A stretch of 64,000 bases of DNA from Ginglymostoma cirratum (Eukaryota). The stretch lies in assembly GCA_024137785.1 (NCBI GenBank), contig JAHRHZ010000271.1, positions 11,667,144-11,731,143 on the forward strand, written 5' to 3'. The translations under genes and the position numbers were made by a program. Shown one piece after another: positions 63,586 through 64,000 of this stretch (position 1 is the stretch's first letter; each line of letters starts with the position of its first letter). The notes under the pieces are model-generated. The model did no database searches, was not told the origin of the DNA, and worked only from the letters and a program-made list of their open reading frames with translations.

Positions 63586-64000
63586 AACCCCAATGAGAAC
63601 TAGTAAGTCCCAGACCATTCACTTTTCCTATTATTAACACTGAAAATTTGGTTATGTTCCTCTCTAGCCATTGATAAGAAAGTTGATGGGTCGGTGGGAG
63701 GTATATGTGTTGCCAGTTTTCTCATTCACCACTCCTCACCCAGTCATTCCTTTAAACATTCCAGTGCTTGTCAGAACTGGCACATCATCTGAGTGCACTC
63801 TTTTCAGAATTCAGCCACATCCGACACTCTCCTCAGATGATAGATAATCTTATCTATATACATGAGACTGATTCCACAATCTTCAGAAATAACCATGGTC
63901 AAAGTAGCTTTAATGAACTTGCAAAAAGTGTTGTACAAAAAAAAGGGCCAGAATTTGACCTAGTGCTATCCAGCATCAACCTGACAATACATTAAGATGG

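Overview
Eukaryotic, AT-rich, repeat-dense DNA, almost certainly from a shark or ray (five HE1-type V-SINEs and many HER1/CR1 LINE fragments). No intact host protein-coding gene is recognisable. Nearly all listed ORFs are decayed transposon frames or noise, and there is one weak candidate exon at 50467-50661 (-). The window holds many CR1 fragments, two large decayed Penelope-like elements (PLEs; RT plus GIY-YIG) at about 28843-31612 and 45280-47870, several PLE 3' ends, four LTRs, a Harbinger Myb/SANT relic, a tRNA-Thr pseudogene and a 400-N gap. The most interesting signal is a set of about 12 non-autonomous 100-220 bp elements derived from PLE termini. They carry a minimal hammerhead-ribozyme (HHR) motif or part of it, many form near-perfect hairpins, six show clear 8-14 bp target-site duplications (TSDs), and most have a one-sided tail of about 33-35 bp. 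In several copies the hairpin folds back exactly at ribozyme helix II. HHRs in PLEs are known; the mini-element architecture and the mechanism proposed here are my inference. Element boundaries are read by eye and are approximate unless a TSD is given.
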